Part shown: in pieces, positions 60,925-64,000 of the stretch
How positions within the stretch are numbered: the first letter of the stretch is position 1
Layout of the letters: each line of letters begins with the position of its first letter
Assembly: GCA_020891255.1 (NCBI GenBank)
Contig: BQFW01000008.1
Span: 496,001-560,000 of the forward strand
DNA length: 64,000 bases
Source of the DNA: Entomortierella parvispora E1425
Lineage: Eukaryota; Fungi; Mortierellomycota
Direction of reading: 5' to 3'
Translations under genes and position numbers: made by a program
Notes under the pieces: model-generated
Told to the model about the DNA's origin: nothing
Seen by the model: the letters and a program-made list of their open reading frames with translations, nothing else
The model's database searches: none

Positions 60925-63871
60925 CTATGCGTCGGCAACACCCGACAGTACGCCCAGGACCTTGATGAGTTCTTCAGGACTAGTGACATGCCAGTTGGCC
61001 AAAGTCTTCTTGAGGGCATGGCCAATGGTGATGGAGAAGTGCTCGTTGGCCAGAGGGTGATTGGAGGCGACGGATCCTTGGGAGGTCGCGGAAGTTGCAC
61101 TGGAGATCGAACCTGGCGTGGGGGGACCGGCGGGAGGAGCGACGGCAGCGACCGAGTAAGGCGCAGGAGGTTTCAAATGGGCGCCCTGTGGAGTGTTGGC
61201 GATTCCGTGTGGCCCTGAGGGGTCTGGACGGTGAGGGATGATGGGCGAATGCTCCAAGGAATGTTGCAGTGCGGCCGCGGCAATCTTGGCGGCTGTGGCA
61301 GCCACGAGCTCATCGTTGTAGGGCTCAATAATCGCCTTTTCAGCTTTGTTGTGGATGGAATCCCGACGCGTCAACCCACCGGCCTGCACACCGGCCAAGG
61401 CCCTGAACATGTCCTCGTCCGTCTTGTCGTCACCAGCACAAAGGACAAAATCCACCTCGGGGTGTTGGCTCAACAACCGCTTGACAATCTCGCCCTTGTT
61501 GACGATGGTGGGTCGGACCTCGAGGTTCTTCTTCCCGACCAAAATCTCGACGGGGAGCTTGGAAAGGACAGCGTTCTCGAGATGGTTCTGACATTCACGG
61601 GACTGGAAAGCGCCAAACTCGGGATCCGCCATACGGTAGTGCCAGGTGAGGGAAGAGCGCTTGTGTTCGATGAATGAACCTGAAAAAAAAAAAAAAAAAA
61701 AAAAAAAACGAGGTGAAGGAGCCATTAACACATCTGCAATTACAATATCATATACTCTTTTCCATTCGCTTCAAGAAAACTCAGTTCTTACCTTGTGTTC
61801 TCTCTGAATAGTAGGTGAAGATCTCAATCACATCGTTCTTCCAGCTCATATCAAGGGATTCAGTCAGGTTCATCCATTTCTTGCTGCCAGGCTGACGCAT
61901 GAAGGAGCCGTGCTCGGCGCTGAATCCCAAATTTTCCACATCGCCCAACCACTCCTCGAGCACCTTTTGATCGCGTCCTGAAATGATCCAGACGACATTG
62001 TTGGGATCACTGGCAAGAGCTGTCAGTGCCTTGAGCATGTGTTCCTGAGGGACAGCTGCACCGGGTGTCTTTCGAATGGGTGTCAGTGTGCCCTGAAATG
62101 CAATTGAGAGAAAAAGTTAGAAATTGGTAATTGTTTCTTTCTTTTCCCTTTGTATCCGTGTAGAAAAGAAATGGGCCTTACGTCATAATCAAACATGAGT
62201 AGACGCTTCTTTGCGTTCCTGTACTTCTCAGCGATGACTGGCAGATCCAGATAGGGTGTTGGAGTAGACTGGTCCCAGGTGCCGACATTGAGAATCAACT
62301 CCTGGATAAAGTTCTTTGCCCAGAACTGAGCAGTGTGCGTAACAACGTGCTCGTGAAGTTGCTAAATTAGAAAAGATAGGAAGGGCAAAGTGGTCAGCTT
62401 TTAGTCACTGGAGTAAAAAAAACACGCTAGACATATCTGCAAACATATGTATTGAGATTGTGAAACTCACTGCATGACGAGCCGCCCTGTCCTCCTCAGA
62501 GAGGTTCAAAGCCTCATAAATAACTCTGGCGACACCTTGGTAATCCCAGGGGTTCACCATCAAGGCTCCTCCAAGACTTCCAGCCGTTCCTGTAAACTCA
62601 CTCAAGATCAATGGGCCATGGTTCTCGTTTTGGCACATGATGTACTCGAGCGATGTGGTGTTCATACCGTCCCGAACGGAAGTGATCAGTCCAATATCTG
62701 CGACCGACAACAGTGCATAATACTCGTCCCGATCGATGTGTTGATGGTAATGATGCACTGGCGTGAAATTGAGCGATCCATAGGTTCCGTTGATATGAGC
62801 CACTAATTCTGCAATCTTGGCCTCCAGTTTTGGGTTTTCTACCAAGGGCGGGGAGGTGACCTGGATCAGGACCACCTTGCCCTGCATCTCTGGGTAGTCA
62901 TTCAGGAACTTCTCGAAGGCTCGAAGCTTTTGTTGAACACCCTTGACCAAATCCAGCTTATCACGACCGACAATGATGTGTTTTCCCTTGTAGGTTTTGC
63001 GAATGGCGTCCATCTTGGGTAAGACTCCTGGGGCTTTACGTTGCCGCTCAACGCGCTCAGCATCGATGCCAATGGGGAAAGTTCCGACCCAGACTGTGGA
63101 ACCCATGGCATCAACTCCACGAGGAGTAGACTCGTAGCCGTTTACGCGGGTGCAGCAACTGATGAAATGGCGGGCATAGGAATAGGTCTAAAAAAGAGAA
63201 ATGAAGCAAGGTCGGCTTAGTTGAAATAGTCAGAGGAGCAGAAAAATCCACCTTTTAGAGGGGAAAAGGTTGACCACATACCTGGAATCCGATCTGGTTA
63301 GCACCCAAAAGTCCGTTCAAGACCTCGACGCGTTCTAGTGATGGTACAAACGTTAGGTGATATTAGAAAACCAATCTGCTTTTCGTCTACTGGACTCTAG
63401 GAGCAATTGAAGATATTATCTGACTTACTGGGAAGACACCTGAAGATCTCAGAAGAGGGGAAAGGTGCATGGATGAAGACTCCGATAGCGGCGCCGGGCA
63501 GCTTTTGACGGAGAAGATGGGGCACAAGAAGCAGGTGGTAATCATGAATCCAGACTAAAGCGAAAAGGGAAAAACGAAATGCACGCAAACAACAAAGATT
63601 CAAAGCGATAACACACGTTAGTTTCGACTCAAATGCAAAAAAAAAAAGGTCTTCGTCATCGTGCAATTGTGCAAATTAGCGTTGTGTCGCCCCTTCTGTT
63701 CTTTTCCTTTCTATCTCTCTTGTGTCTTACCGATATCGCCAGGCTGATACTGCTCAACAATGGCATCCGCAAACTGTTGGTTGACAAAGACGTAGTCGTC
63801 CCAGTTCTTTTTCTCGATGCGACCATCAGTCGCCTCGTCCCAGAGGATGTAATGAAACAACGGCCAGAGCA
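60925..63871 (-). CDS. TPS2: Trehalose-6-phosphate synthase/phosphatase bifunctional-type subunit (GT20 + HAD TPP; TPS2-like), 5'-partial
   Basis: Multi-exon; the window ends inside an intron. Motifs LWPLFHY, WIHDYHL, FIHAPFPSSEIFR, GRDKLD..KG, RDGMNTTSLEY, ILSEFTG; TPP motifs MFDYDGTL, ISGR, LSAEHG-like, GKKNLEVRP, AGDDKTDEDMF. Confidence 0.93.
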
Positions 63872-64000
63872 CTATAAGGTTTTCAATCAGATACAGGGAA
63901 AGAGGTCAGTGAAGGCAATCGGAAAGAGGATTTAGTCCAGGAACAATCTTCAAAAGTGATGACCGCAGAATGACATCGTTGCGCCACCCTCCTTAATCAT

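Overview
Intron-rich, gene-dense fungal genomic DNA (GT-AG introns with CTAAC/CTGAC branch sites). The gene set (GDP-mannose dehydratase, exomer CHS5, NoxA) and intron style suggest an early-diverging Mucoromycota/Mortierellaceae-type fungus; this is inference. About 23 protein-coding loci were reconstructed by manual splicing: UBP14 (5'-partial), GMD, NoxA-type NADPH oxidase, a small mitochondrial membrane protein, a ~2394-aa LTE1-like RasGEF, a decayed arrestin-like gene, a G-protein gamma subunit, CRC1, PheRS alpha, lipin/PAH1, a 78-aa Cys-rich protein, SEN54, PHO13, a carotenoid-oxygenase-family gene, histone H3, CHS5, PMI40, a DUF1761-like protein, NRDE2, mitochondrial bL19, a 78-aa orphan, two tandem mitochondrial phosphate carriers and TPS2 (5'-partial). 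No rRNA, tRNA, CRISPR array or transposon was recognised, and no wholly new multi-gene system is evident. The most notable observations are: a carotenoid oxygenase lacking the 4th Fe-binding His; an intronless, substituted phosphate-carrier paralogue next to its intron-containing sister; an in-frame stop-free GC-AG intron in the weak-5'SS splicing factor NRDE2; a small Cys-rich gene with an intron-split start codon 102 nt behind SEN54; and a G-gamma gene that the ORF track shows only partly.
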